Both the position numbers and the translations under genes were made by a program. Positions 51,006 to 61,666 of a DNA stretch of 64,000 bases are shown here, piece after piece. This DNA is from an uncultured delta proteobacterium (GTDB lineage Bacteria > Desulfobacterota > Syntrophia > Syntrophales > UBA2185). The notes under the pieces were generated by a model. That model searched no databases and was not told where the DNA came from. It was given only the letters and a program-made list of their open reading frames with translations. Each line of letters starts with the position of its first letter. Within the stretch, counting starts at the first letter, position 1. The stretch lies in NCBI GenBank assembly GCA_963729715.1, contig CAVSPA010000005.1:576001-640000 (forward strand). Reading direction: 5' to 3'.

Positions 51006-52178
51006 ATGCAAAATTTCATATTCGATAATCCCACGAGGATCATCTTCGGGAAAGGAACGATTGCCCGCATAGGGAATGAAGTTAAACGATTCGGCACCAA
51101 TGTACTGCTCGTCTACGGTCAGGGAAGCATCAAGAAACATGGAATTTATGACCAGGTCATCTCGTCTCTTAAAGAAGCAAACCTTTCAATCGTGGAATTT
51201 CCCGGCGTCAAGGCAAATCCTGTTTTCTCCCATGTCCTTAAGGGAATAGAGCTTGCCCGCAGTCAAAACATCGACGTTGTCCTCGCCGTGGGTGGCGGAA
51301 GCGTGATCGATACGGCAAAGACAATAGCGGCAGGCGTAAAGGCAGAGCCGGGTGACGATATATGGGATTTTTTTACATTCAAGAAGAAGATACGAAATGC
51401 CCTTCCTGTCCTTACGGTGCTTACCGTGTCTGCCAGCGCCTCGGAAATGAATCCTACAGCGGTGATTACAAAGGAGGATGGGGCGCAAAAATTCAGTATC
51501 AGCTCTCCCTTGATACAGCCCAGAGCTTCAGCCCTGGATCCAACCGTGCTGTTTTCACTCACAGCCGAGTGCAGCGCTTACAGCGCCGTAGACGTAATCA
51601 CGCATCTGCTGGAAGGATATTTTAACAACACAGAGCCGAAAAGCCCGCTTCAGGACAGGCTGGTCGAAGGCATTATGAAAACAGTCATGGAAAGTACGGA
51701 GGTTATCCTCAAAGATCCTCAAAATTACAACGCCAGGGCCAACATGATGTGGTCGGCAACCTTGGCCTTTAACGGCTTGACGTCGGCAGGCATGGGATTG
51801 ATAAGCCTGCCTGCTCACATGATCGAACACTCGCTCAGCGCCCTCTACGACATTGCACACGGGGCCGGGCTGAGTATAATATTTCCCGGTTGGATGAAAT
51901 ATGCCGTGCACAAAAGGCCCGCGAAATTTGCCCGGCTGGGAAGGGAGATTTTTAATATCAGAGAAACCGATGACCTGAAGGCGGCAGTGGAAGGGATCAA
52001 TCGTTTAGAGCGATGGTTTTCATCCATCGGCAGCCCCACATCATTGAAAGAGGCCGGCATACCCGGATCTGATATAGACCGAATAGCAGAAAACTCAGCG
52101 GCGCTGGCCAAACTGTGGGTATTGAAAGACTACACCCGCGAAATCATCGTAGAAATATTGCATCTCTGCAAGGCGTAA
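51006..52178 (+). CDS. Iron-containing NAD(P)H-dependent alcohol dehydrogenase (BdhA/YqhD-like)
   Basis: NPTRIIFGKG, GGGSVID, DVITH, HMIEHSLSA.YDIAHGAGL. Confidence 0.92.
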   Translation: MQNFIFDNPTRIIFGKGTIARIGNEVKRFGTNVLLVYGQGSIKKHGIYDQVISSLKEANLSIVEFPGVKANPVFSHVLKGIELARSQNIDVVLAVGGGSVIDTAKTIAAGVKAEPGDDIWDFFTFKKKIRNALPVLTVLTVSASASEMNPTAVITKEDGAQKFSISSPLIQPRASALDPTVLFSLTAECSAYSAVDVITHLLEGYFNNTEPKSPLQDRLVEGIMKTVMESTEVILKDPQNYNARANMMWSATLAFNGLTSAGMGLISLPAHMIEHSLSALYDIAHGAGLSIIFPGWMKYAVHKRPAKFARLGREIFNIRETDDLKAAVEGINRLERWFSSIGSPTSLKEAGIPGSDIDRIAENSAALAKLWVLKDYTREIIVEILHLCKA

Positions 52179-52223
52179 GGAACAGCCGACAGCAGATGTT
52201 TTTGACATAAGGAGGGAGTCTGT

Positions 52224-53444
52224 ATGAAGCGGTATGGAGATTTTATCGCGTCCGAGGAAGATCTTGCTTTCCTCACCGTAATCCGGAAATACGTTGACAA
52301 CGAAATGATGCCGGTTCGTCTCAAGTTGGATGAAGATTATTCCGTCTTCGAAAAAGTATATGAGGGCCTGGTGAAGCTTGGTATCCAGAAGCGGGGATTT
52401 TCTCCCGAATACGGAGGTCTGGGAATCCGGTCCGCAACCACGGTCTGCGCCATCACTGAAGAATTATCCCGAGGGGACAGCGGCGTATCCCTTCATTCGC
52501 TTATCATACCTTGGTGTCTGGCGGGAGCGATGGGCGCGCGCAATAAAGTCCTCATGGATAAGTTCATTCCCATGTTCTGCGGGGATACACCACGCTGCGG
52601 CTGTCTTGCTATTACCGAACCCGCCGGGGGCTGCAATATCGAAGATGCGGCCGAACATGGCCTTACCATTCGAACCAGGGCCAGACTGGACGGGAACGAA
52701 TGGGTGATTAACGGCGAAAAAATGTGGCCCAGCGGCGCCAGCATTGCGGACATCTACTGTGTCATCTGCACGACCGATCCCACTCAGAAGGAAGATGGTA
52801 TGGCGCTCATCTACGTCCCCAAGGATGCCCCCGGGCTTTCCTTTGGCAAAGCGGAAGAAAAAATGGGCATGAAGGTGACGGACGTGAATACGGCCATCTA
52901 CTTCGACAACGTGAGGGTACCCAAAGAATATAGAGCCGGCGGAGCTGGCGTTGACTGGCAGCTTTTCCGGGCCAACATCGGCTGGGGACGACTGACGAGC
53001 GCTCCCATGACGCTGGGAAACGCCCAGGCCGTTTTGGAGATCGTGATAGAGTATACCAAGAATAGATTCTATGGAGGGAAGCCCGTCCGCAACCATTCCC
53101 TGCAGGCTGCCATGATTGCAGATATGGCGATCGGCATCGAATCAGCGCGCGCCCTTTATCTCTCCGTGGCAGCCATGTTCAACAACAGAAAGAAATACGG
53201 AAATCCCGGTGAGGATTATCTGATGGCTCGCGCCAGTGCCGCAAAGGTGTACGCCTGTGATGTCACCGAGACTGTATGCGACAGGGCTATGGAGCTCATG
53301 GGTTCATACGGGTATGCCCGCGATTACCATGTGGAGAAATATCTCAGGGACAGCAAGATTATCCAGATCTGGCTCGGCGGCGGACAATTGGGAAGGCTGG
53401 ACGTGGTCCAGAGCTACTACCCTTACGTAGAGAATCATAAGTAA
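52224..53444 (+). CDS. Acyl-CoA dehydrogenase-family protein (atypical active site)
   Basis: AITEP, NGEKMW, KMG, GSYGY...VEKYLRD; QIWLGG in place of QIYEGT. Confidence 0.88.
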   Translation: MKRYGDFIASEEDLAFLTVIRKYVDNEMMPVRLKLDEDYSVFEKVYEGLVKLGIQKRGFSPEYGGLGIRSATTVCAITEELSRGDSGVSLHSLIIPWCLAGAMGARNKVLMDKFIPMFCGDTPRCGCLAITEPAGGCNIEDAAEHGLTIRTRARLDGNEWVINGEKMWPSGASIADIYCVICTTDPTQKEDGMALIYVPKDAPGLSFGKAEEKMGMKVTDVNTAIYFDNVRVPKEYRAGGAGVDWQLFRANIGWGRLTSAPMTLGNAQAVLEIVIEYTKNRFYGGKPVRNHSLQAAMIADMAIGIESARALYLSVAAMFNNRKKYGNPGEDYLMARASAAKVYACDVTETVCDRAMELMGSYGYARDYHVEKYLRDSKIIQIWLGGGQLGRLDVVQSYYPYVENHK

Positions 53445-53470
53445 CACATCTTATATGAGGAGTAACTGAT

Positions 53471-54922
53471 ATGGCACTAAAGACACCTGAACAATATGAA
53501 GAGAGTCTGCGCAAGATGAATTTTAAGATCTACCTGATGGGTGAGCGGGTGGAAAATCCCGTGGACCATCCGATCATCAGGCCTTCGATGAATTCGGTAA
53601 AGATGACATACGCCCTGGCCCAGAATCCCGAGCATGAAGATTTGATGACGGCGACATCTCACCTCTCAGGAAAGAAGATCAACCGTTTCTGCCACTTGCA
53701 CCGGAACACCGAGGATCTGATAAAGAAGGTGAAGATGCAGAGGCTTTTGGGGCAGAAAACGGGGGCCTGTTTTCAGCGCTGCGTGGGCATGGATGCGATC
53801 AATGCCGTGGACAGCGTCACCTTCGAGATGGATATGAAGCTCGGCACCAAATACCACGAGCGATTCATCAAGTTCCTCTCGATGATGCAGGAAGAAGACC
53901 TCACTGTGGATGGCGCCATGACGGACCCCAAGGGTGACCGTAGCCTGACGCCCGGCAAACAGGCAGACCCTGATCTATATACGCGCGTGGTGGAAAGAAG
54001 AAAAGACGGCATTGTCGTCCGGGGCGCGAAGGCCCACCAGACGGGGGCAATCAATTCCCACTGGATTCTTGTCATGCCGACGATGACCATGGCAAAGGAG
54101 GACAGCGATTATGCCCTTTCCTTTGTGGCGCCTGCCGACGCGAAGGGCATATTTTACATTTACGGCCGCCAGTCCTGTGACACGCGGAAACTCGAAGGCG
54201 GTGAAATCGACGTGGGGAATAAAGAATTCGGTGGGCACGAGGCCTTGATGGTCTTTGACAATCTCTTTGTCCCCTGGGAAAATGTCTTCATGTGCGGCGA
54301 ATACGAATACAGCGGCGCCCTGGTGGAAAGGTTTGCCGGGTATCATCGTCAGAGTTACGGCGGCTGCAAGGTCGGCGTGGGCGACGTGCTCATTGGCGCG
54401 GCGGCACTGGCTGCAGATTACAACGGCGCGGCCAAGGCATCCCACGTCAAGGACAAGCTGATCGAAATGATGCACCTCAATGAGACCCTTTACGCCTGCG
54501 GGATCGCGTGTTCGGCGGAAGGACACGAGACGGCATCCGGAAACTATCTGATCGATCTCCTCCTTGCCAATGTCTGCAAACAGAATGTTACGCGTCTCCC
54601 CTACGAGATCGCGCGGCTTGCAGAGGATATAGCGGGTGGGTTGATGGTCACCATGGCCTCGGAGCAGGACCTGCGGCACCCTGAAATCGGCAAGGTAGTG
54701 GAAAAATATTTCAAAGGTGTTGCGTCGGTACCTACCGAGCATCGCTGCCGCGTGCTCCGATTGATTGAAAACGTCACGCTCGGGACGGCGGCGGTGGGAT
54801 ACCGCACCGAATCCATGCATGGCGCCGGCTCACCGCAGGCGCAAAGGATTATGATCTCACGGCAGGGCAATCTCGATTACAAAAAGAGGCTGGCTAAAGA
54901 AATCGCCGGAATCAAAGATTGA
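53471..54922 (+). CDS. abfD: 4-hydroxybutyryl-CoA dehydratase/vinylacetyl-CoA isomerase
   Basis: CFQRCVGMD, KAHQTG, GHEAL, HRQSYGGCK, TESMHGAGSPQAQ all canonical. Confidence 0.9.
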   Translation: MALKTPEQYEESLRKMNFKIYLMGERVENPVDHPIIRPSMNSVKMTYALAQNPEHEDLMTATSHLSGKKINRFCHLHRNTEDLIKKVKMQRLLGQKTGACFQRCVGMDAINAVDSVTFEMDMKLGTKYHERFIKFLSMMQEEDLTVDGAMTDPKGDRSLTPGKQADPDLYTRVVERRKDGIVVRGAKAHQTGAINSHWILVMPTMTMAKEDSDYALSFVAPADAKGIFYIYGRQSCDTRKLEGGEIDVGNKEFGGHEALMVFDNLFVPWENVFMCGEYEYSGALVERFAGYHRQSYGGCKVGVGDVLIGAAALAADYNGAAKASHVKDKLIEMMHLNETLYACGIACSAEGHETASGNYLIDLLLANVCKQNVTRLPYEIARLAEDIAGGLMVTMASEQDLRHPEIGKVVEKYFKGVASVPTEHRCRVLRLIENVTLGTAAVGYRTESMHGAGSPQAQRIMISRQGNLDYKKRLAKEIAGIKD

Positions 54923-54955
54923 CCCGGGATGTAAGATGAAAAGAAAGAGAAGAAG

Positions 54956-55429
54956 ATGCCAAACGAAGATAAAGACTTATTGGAAGAGTCCCTGACCGGC
55001 TACAAGGAAAAAATAGTACCAATCACAAAAACTACCCTGACCTGGGATAGGGAACTCATCTTTACAGGCACGACCCAGCAGGGATATGAGATAGCATTCG
55101 ATGCCCATGCCCAATGGGGCTGCAAGCCAACGGAGGCTCTGCTTCTGAGCCTCGCCGGTTGCATGGGGATCGACGTGGTAATGTTTTTACAGAAGATGAG
55201 GGTCCAACTGACAAGTTTCAAGATGGAGCTTGTGGGAGAGCGAAATCCGACACCGCCGCAGTATTTCAAGGCCATCGAGATCGTCTTGCATATAGGAGGG
55301 AAGAACCTTAATGCCCAGAAGGTCGATCGTGCCGTTTCCTTATCCCATGACAAGTATTGTTCTGTCTATAACACCCTCCGCAAAGATTTGGAAATGAATG
55401 TCCGCTACGTACTCGAAGAATCAAAATAG
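54956..55429 (+). CDS. OsmC/YhfA-family protein
   Basis: PTEALLLSLAGCMGIDV, KYCSV. Confidence 0.88.
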   Translation: MPNEDKDLLEESLTGYKEKIVPITKTTLTWDRELIFTGTTQQGYEIAFDAHAQWGCKPTEALLLSLAGCMGIDVVMFLQKMRVQLTSFKMELVGERNPTPPQYFKAIEIVLHIGGKNLNAQKVDRAVSLSHDKYCSVYNTLRKDLEMNVRYVLEESK

Positions 55430-55608
55430 CCGATCTCATATAGCCCCAAGTACGGTGCCCCGATTCTACTGGGCACCATGGTTATTTATAAGCTAACTAC
55501 GTCTATAAACAACTACTCCCCTTTCATTTCTTGTGTATCCTTTTTCACACGCTTCTAGTCTAAAGAGTTAAGGCGAGAGAAAAAAAGAATTTGTCAAGGA
55601 GGAATGAA

Positions 55609-55782
55609 ATGGAAAAGATGTTTGGTTCAATGATGCAAGGATTCATGAGCAGTATGTCGAAGGACGATAAGAACAAGATGACGGCGATGGGCCCATCTTG
55701 TAATATGAAAGCTATGCCTGAAGAGGATAAGAAGGCAATGATGGAAAAGATGAATGCATGTTGTGGAAGCAAGATGGACTGA
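55609..55782 (+). CDS. Small Met-rich hypothetical protein
   Basis: AGGAGG RBS; 57 aa with 14 Met and a CCG near the C-terminus. Confidence 0.6.
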   Translation: MEKMFGSMMQGFMSSMSKDDKNKMTAMGPSCNMKAMPEEDKKAMMEKMNACCGSKMD

Positions 55783-55865
55783 CATCATCTATTGAGGATA
55801 AGGAGAAAAGCAAAATATTTACTGGTGTTATGGAAATGAATCGTGGCTGAGGCTTGCGGGAGAAT

Positions 55866-57413
55866 CTATGGAAGCAGAAGCTGATTGTCTCGGGATCTTG
55901 ATTCCCCGACACTGGTTACATAGATGGCGGGCTGTCCAAGAACGGGGCATTTTGCCTCGCAGAGCCCGCAGCCGATGCAGAGCTCCAGGTCGACCCTAGG
56001 CAGCTTTAATATCCGTTCCTTTCCTTCTCTGTTTTTTACGTGTACCTGTTCAAACCAGATGGCCTTTTTCGGGGTGGGACAGACCTCCTCACAGACGATA
56101 CACGGCGTGGCATGGGCATGGGGCAGGCATCTCCCCTTGTCGATCATGGCGAGTCCTATCTTCACCTTGTTCTTCTCACGAAGCTCCAGTCTCTTAATCG
56201 CCTCCGTAGGACAGACCTGACCACAGAGGGTGCACCGGTATTCACAATAGCCGATGCGCGGAACAAGGACGGGTGACCATATCCCCTCAAGGCCCGCCTC
56301 AAAGAGCGTCGGCTGGAGACCGTTTGTAATACAGACCTTCATACACTCGCCGCATTTTACGCATCTCCTGAGAAATTCCTTTTCTTCGAGGGAGCCCGGC
56401 GGCCTGATTAATCTGGGATCGGACACGCCTGCCCTGGCAATGGGTGTGATTCTCATCAACGGCACGGCGATAAGACCCGTCAGGATTGAACCGATGACCC
56501 GCCTTTTGCCGAGGTCCATGCCGGCAACAGGCTGCTTTTTCAGGAAACCGAAATCAACGGCATTCCGAGGACAGAGATCATCGCAGTCCATGCAATAGAG
56601 ACACTCCGTGTTTTTCCAGCTCTCCTTCTCATCGGGGGTTGCGCCCCCCTGACATGCATACGCACAAGCCCCGCAGTCATTGCAGTCTTCGCTAACAGAC
56701 CTTCTCAGGAGGGCATACCTCGAAAGAATCCCGAGGAGCCCGCCTAAGGGGCAGAGATACTTGCACCAAAAGCGTCTCTCCACAAGATTCATTCCGAGAA
56801 TGAGGAGAAACAGAAACCCCACGAGGGCACTCTGGAGGTAGAAGGGCTGCTGGAAGGGGAGAAATATCTTTTTCAGAACGGAGTAAATAAATTCGGAGAC
56901 ATTGACCAGAAAAGGTATGTTTGCATTATAGAAGGCGTCAAAAGTGGCGCTCGTAGCGTAGCTCACCAATGGGTAAACAGCCAACGAAAACGACCTGATC
57001 AAGAGCGAAATCGGGTCCGCTATTCCTGTGAGCTGTAAAGAGAATAGGGACGACACTAGAAGAAAGATCAGGATATAATACTTGAACCGATACCAGTCCA
57101 CTGTCGCTGTCTTGGGGCGCCCTTTCTTTATGGAACCCACCATGTTATTCAAGGTTCCGAGCGGGCAAACCCAGCCGCAGAAGACCCTCCCCAGGAGAAC
57201 TGTCGCAACAATAACTAAAACGGCGAGGTAAAATGTTTGATACCACTCACGGCTGGACAGTATCGTTGTGATGAAGATCAGAGGGTCCGCATCGAGGAAT
57301 ATCTTTACGGGGTAGCCGAGGTCATTGGCCCCTTTCGATTCGGTCTGCAAAAAGAGCCACAGGAAGAGCAGTAAGAAAAGCCCCTGCGTAACTATACGGA
57401 TTTTTTTTGTCAT
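55866..57413 (-). CDS. Membrane polyferredoxin (NapH/MauN fused to NapG/MauM-like)
   Basis: RVFCGWVCPLG, RFWCKYLCPLG, IRPPG, multiple CxxCxxCxxxCP. Confidence 0.9.
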   Translation of the reverse strand: MTKKIRIVTQGLFLLLFLWLFLQTESKGANDLGYPVKIFLDADPLIFITTILSSREWYQTFYLAVLVIVATVLLGRVFCGWVCPLGTLNNMVGSIKKGRPKTATVDWYRFKYYILIFLLVSSLFSLQLTGIADPISLLIRSFSLAVYPLVSYATSATFDAFYNANIPFLVNVSEFIYSVLKKIFLPFQQPFYLQSALVGFLFLLILGMNLVERRFWCKYLCPLGGLLGILSRYALLRRSVSEDCNDCGACAYACQGGATPDEKESWKNTECLYCMDCDDLCPRNAVDFGFLKKQPVAGMDLGKRRVIGSILTGLIAVPLMRITPIARAGVSDPRLIRPPGSLEEKEFLRRCVKCGECMKVCITNGLQPTLFEAGLEGIWSPVLVPRIGYCEYRCTLCGQVCPTEAIKRLELREKNKVKIGLAMIDKGRCLPHAHATPCIVCEEVCPTPKKAIWFEQVHVKNREGKERILKLPRVDLELCIGCGLCEAKCPVLGQPAIYVTSVGESRSRDNQLLLP

Positions 57414-58321
57414 TAAATATTGACTCTTTTGATTTTCAATTTCGATAGATCCATAGTACCGAGTCCTGCCTTGTGTCCTGCCATAACGTAGCCGAGATCC
57501 GCCCCTTTCAAGCCGAAGAGTGTGGCTCCATAGGCGTCAACGGCCACCTGATCCGTTCCCGCGATAACGGTGTTGAGCTGCTTCACATCTGAAAGGCTTC
57601 CTCCCTGCGGGCCATTGGCGGTCAGAATGCGAACCGCATCGAGTATGACAAGAGAGGGTTTGACGAACATGGCAACATCGACAAGGCTTCCATCCATCTT
57701 CTGGTGTATCCTGCCTCGCGATCCGCCCATGATGCCCATCAAGTTCTTCATGCCGAGGGTAAGGGTGGAAAGTCCGTGCGTCTTCGCGATAGGTATATTG
57801 ATGACCTTGTCCGCTTCTATGGCCTCCGTATATAAGGGCCAAGATTTCAGCGCCACGCCTGGAAGTTTTACCTCCCTGAATTTCCTGTCATCCACGAAGC
57901 TCACGACGCCGCCCACGGCGGAGGCTGCGTCGACAATGCCGCTCTGCTTATAACACCGTCTCGGGTCTACAACGGCACGGTCAAAAACCTTTACCTGTTT
58001 TGCTCCCGCCTCATAGCACATCCTGATAACTGTCGAGACGACTTCAGGATTGGTAGTTGCCGCATATTCAGGCATCCTATCCCATCCGATGTTCGGTTTA
58101 ACAACTACGACATCGCCCCTCGATATGAATCTCTTTATTCCGCCTAAAGCATCAATGGCCGCTTTCGTTATCCCTGCAGGTGAAACGCCATGGGCGATCG
58201 CAAGGTCAACCTTATCGGCGGCTTCCAGGGAACTGAGGATCATGCCCGTATTACCCGGGAAGGTTAAAGTCACGCCTGCCGCAATAGCAGCTTTAATAAA
58301 ATCCCTTCTCTTCATCGCCAC
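57413..58321 (-). CDS. Tat-exported DUF362 protein
   Basis: KRRDFIK twin-arginine signal, VKPNIGWDR, TTNPEVV, KTHG...LGMKNLMG. Confidence 0.9.
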   Translation of the reverse strand: MAMKRRDFIKAAIAAGVTLTFPGNTGMILSSLEAADKVDLAIAHGVSPAGITKAAIDALGGIKRFISRGDVVVVKPNIGWDRMPEYAATTNPEVVSTVIRMCYEAGAKQVKVFDRAVVDPRRCYKQSGIVDAASAVGGVVSFVDDRKFREVKLPGVALKSWPLYTEAIEADKVINIPIAKTHGLSTLTLGMKNLMGIMGGSRGRIHQKMDGSLVDVAMFVKPSLVILDAVRILTANGPQGGSLSDVKQLNTVIAGTDQVAVDAYGATLFGLKGADLGYVMAGHKAGLGTMDLSKLKIKRVNI

Positions 58322-58683
58322 TCCTTTATGTGTGCCTTAATACCCGCCTTCCAATCAGAGACTGTTTCCAACGAGCTTGGGAATCAAAAACAATATCCAC
58401 GTTAAATAATATATACACTAATACTTTATTGTCCACCCTTTTACGAAACACCAGAACTTACCGTGAGTATGAATCAAATTCATAGCTTTCTTTTAGCACC
58501 ACGGAAGTTGGACGTCAAGCATCCCCGGTTCCGCTTCCTCATCATTCAACAGTTACGGGACAAAAAAGTGTGGTAAAAACGCTATTTCACATCTATACTT
58601 ACATAAGACCCTTGGTTCCGAGATGGCCGTTAAGAAGTAGCGGCTAAGGAACTTCGTAGAGAGATGAACGATGGGAGAAACGC

Positions 58684-60486
58684 ATGGAAAAACGTCATAG
58701 ATTTTCTATCTGGTATGTCCTCTTAGGCGTATGGGCAGTCCTGATTATCCAGGGTTATATCGCATCCATGTTTGCCGCCCAGATGATACCGTACAGCCAG
58801 TTCCTTAACCTTCTCAAGGCGGGAAAGATCGTTGAGGTGGCGGTAACAGCCAATCAGATTCAGGGCAAGATGAAAGGGGAAGGTGGTGCTCCCGATGAAA
58901 CAAAGACCTTTAAAACCATACGGGTTGACCCCGAATTGTCCACCTTACTTGAACAGTACAGAGTCATTTTCAAAGGGGAAATCGAATCGACTTTTCTGCG
59001 CGACCTATTTTCATGGATTTTCCCTATAATACTCTTTGTCGGCATCTGGTACTTCTTTATGAAGAAGATGGGCTCCCAGCAGGCAGGTTTCATGACTATC
59101 GGCAAGAACAAGGCAAAGATATATGTGGAAAATGAATTGAATGTTACCTTTAAGGACGTTGCCGGTGTTGACGAAGCCAAGCAGGAGCTGATCGAAGTTG
59201 TGGAATTCTTGAAGAACCCGGGGAAATTTACCGAACTCGGAGGCAGGATACCCAAGGGCATACTCCTGGTGGGCCCACCGGGGACAGGGAAAACGCTTCT
59301 GGCCAAGGCCGTCGCCGGTGAAAGCGGCGTGCCCTTCTTCAGCCTCTCGGGATCGGAATTTGTGGAGATGTTCGTGGGACTGGGAGCGGCGCGGGTGCGT
59401 GACCTTTTTGTTCAAGCCAAGGAGAAGGCACCCTGTATCATCTTTATCGATGAACTCGACGCCCTGGGAAAAGCCCGCGGCATCGGAACCTTCGGGGGAC
59501 ACGATGAACGAGAGCAAACACTAAATCAGCTTCTCGCGGAAATGGACGGTTTCGATCCGAAGGTAGGGGTTATTCTCATGGCCGCAACGAACAGGCCGGA
59601 GATTCTGGACCCCGCACTCCTCAGGCCCGGCCGGTTTGATCGTCACATCCTTGTGGACCGCCCCGATAAGACCGGACGGATGGAGATTCTGAAGGTTCAC
59701 CTGAGAAATATAAAAGCAGCGACAGACCTTGACCTGGAGAAGCTGGCAAACATGACCCCTGGTATGGCGGGTGCGGACCTCGCCAACCTGGTTAATGAAG
59801 CGGCGCTCCTCGCCGTCAGAAGAGACAAGAAAGAGGTGGGGATGCCCGAATTCGAGGAGGCTGTCGAAAGGATTGTGGCCGGACTCGAAAAGAAGAACCG
59901 TCTTATAAACCCCGAGGAGAGAAAAATCGTGGCCTATCACGAGATGGGTCATGCCATTGTGGCCTTATCTCTCCCTGGAACCGATCCGGTCCAAAAGATC
60001 TCCATAATACCACGCGGCATCGCCGCCTTGGGTTACACCATGCAAGTTCCTACAGGGGATCGTTTCCTCATGAGGAGGACTGAGCTCCTCAACAAGGTCG
60101 CATCCCTTCTGGGAGGCAGGGCGGCAGAAGAGATCATATTCGGAGATATATCCACTGGCGCCCATAACGATCTCGCGAGGGCTACGGATATTACGAAGAG
60201 TATGATCAAGGAATACGGCATGAGCAACAGATTGGGTCAAGTATACTTTGCTCACGAGAAGCGGCAGCAGTTCCTTGACATGGGCCTGCAGGAGACTGGT
60301 GACTACAGCAACGCCACGGCAGAAGCCATCGACAAAGAAATACAGACGATTATCAGCACGGAATATGCCAAAGCACTCGAGATTCTTAAAAGCAAGAAAG
60401 ACATCCTGCAAAAAGGCACCGAATTGCTGCTGGAAAAGGAAAAGATAGAAGGAGCGGAGCTGAAGGAGCTGCTGGAAAGCAAATAA
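58684..60486 (+). CDS. ftsH: ATP-dependent zinc metalloprotease FtsH
   Basis: 2 [22 protein letters not shown]...[12 protein letters not shown]. Confidence 0.96.
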   Translation: MEKRHRFSIWYVLLGVWAVLIIQGYIASMFAAQMIPYSQFLNLLKAGKIVEVAVTANQIQGKMKGEGGAPDETKTFKTIRVDPELSTLLEQYRVIFKGEIESTFLRDLFSWIFPIILFVGIWYFFMKKMGSQQAGFMTIGKNKAKIYVENELNVTFKDVAGVDEAKQELIEVVEFLKNPGKFTELGGRIPKGILLVGPPGTGKTLLAKAVAGESGVPFFSLSGSEFVEMFVGLGAARVRDLFVQAKEKAPCIIFIDELDALGKARGIGTFGGHDEREQTLNQLLAEMDGFDPKVGVILMAATNRPEILDPALLRPGRFDRHILVDRPDKTGRMEILKVHLRNIKAATDLDLEKLANMTPGMAGADLANLVNEAALLAVRRDKKEVGMPEFEEAVERIVAGLEKKNRLINPEERKIVAYHEMGHAIVALSLPGTDPVQKISIIPRGIAALGYTMQVPTGDRFLMRRTELLNKVASLLGGRAAEEIIFGDISTGAHNDLARATDITKSMIKEYGMSNRLGQVYFAHEKRQQFLDMGLQETGDYSNATAEAIDKEIQTIISTEYAKALEILKSKKDILQKGTELLLEKEKIEGAELKELLESK

Positions 60487-60509
60487 GTGTAATACGAAAG
60501 GATTTTAAA

Positions 60510-60845
60510 GTGACCAAGAAAAAAGCAAAAGACAAAGTTGTTACCGGCAGTGGCATCAAGACATCGGCAGGCGCAGTTCTCCTCTCCTGTACATTGCACT
60601 GCCGCGTATGCGGGAGTTCCGAGCTCTTCGAATGGCATGATAAAGAGATAGCCCCGGAAGATGTAGAGGGTATCGACACAATGGGCCTCATAATGGCAGT
60701 TGCGCACAGCCAGAACTGGATCGCCCAGCGCGTTCACAATATCAATGAGGGGGAAAATTGCCTTTTTGTGCTTTGCCCAACCTGCTTGGCCCTCTTCTTC
60801 TCCGCCACGACAGGACCTGATACAAGCAGCAAAGGACCTTCCTGA
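60510..60845 (+). CDS. Hypothetical Cys-motif protein
   Basis: CRVC and CPTC pairs; 3' end uncertain. Confidence 0.45.
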   Translation: MTKKKAKDKVVTGSGIKTSAGAVLLSCTLHCRVCGSSELFEWHDKEIAPEDVEGIDTMGLIMAVAHSQNWIAQRVHNINEGENCLFVLCPTCLALFFSATTGPDTSSKGPS

Positions 60846-61054
60846 CAGCCATGTCATGGACATTCTTCTCACAAAGTTCCCAAAGGAATATTCCCAAATT
60901 CTTCATCGCCTGACAGCAGGCACTTGTCCCCGCGTGGCCAATCACCCCCGTTAAAGAACCCCTTTCTTTCCCGCATCTAAAGATGGCTGAACGATGGTGG
61001 TATTGACTTTTTACATGCAAATGATGATAATATTGAAAATGATTGAGGATGAAT

Positions 61055-61615
61055 ATGGCACAGGACCACATGATAATTAGGTGCCTCAACTGTGGAACGA
61101 GGAATCGTATAAAGAGAGAGCGGATTCACAACCGGCCTACGTGCGGCAGATGCCATGCTCATCTTGACGATATGATTATCAGATGTCTCAGTTGCGGAAC
61201 GAAAAACCGGATGCCTGAGAATCGCCTGAACGAACGCCCACTGTGCGGGAAGTGCGGCGTACCTCTCGTCATTAGGGGAGGTGAGGGATATCCTATAGAT
61301 ATAACGGATGAAACATTCTCAAGAGAAGTCCTCTCCCATGCCGGTTCCGTTCTGATGGATCTCTGGGCGCCATGGTGTACCCCCTGCCGCACGATAGGTC
61401 CTATTCTGGAAGAACTTGCAGCCAAGTATGCCGGCGGCGTCAAGATTGTCAAACTGAATGTAGATGAAAGTCCCCTTACGGCATCGAAATATGACGTTCG
61501 CAACATTCCGACAATGCTGTTGTTTAAAGACGGAGAGCTCGCAAACAGATTGGTCGGTGCCCTGCCTAAAGAAGAAATCGAACGACATCTCCTCGCCATC
61601 ATGAAGACAAACTAA
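61055..61615 (+). CDS. trxC: Thioredoxin 2-like protein with duplicated N-terminal zinc ribbon
   Basis: Two CxxCGTxNR...PxCGxC units, then WAPWCTPC thioredoxin domain. Confidence 0.88.
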   Translation: MAQDHMIIRCLNCGTRNRIKRERIHNRPTCGRCHAHLDDMIIRCLSCGTKNRMPENRLNERPLCGKCGVPLVIRGGEGYPIDITDETFSREVLSHAGSVLMDLWAPWCTPCRTIGPILEELAAKYAGGVKIVKLNVDESPLTASKYDVRNIPTMLLFKDGELANRLVGALPKEEIERHLLAIMKTN

Positions 61616-61666
61616 TTTCAAGAATTTTAGATCGGCTTTCCGGCGCCATAGCTTCTCGCCACGGCG

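Noticed and set aside
60700..60954. Readthrough of TGA 60843, or frameshift joining 60510 ORF to the overlapping frame (QDLIQAAKDLPDSH...)
   Set aside because: No Cys-motif context or convincing SECIS; a frameshift is possible but cannot be supported without homologs.
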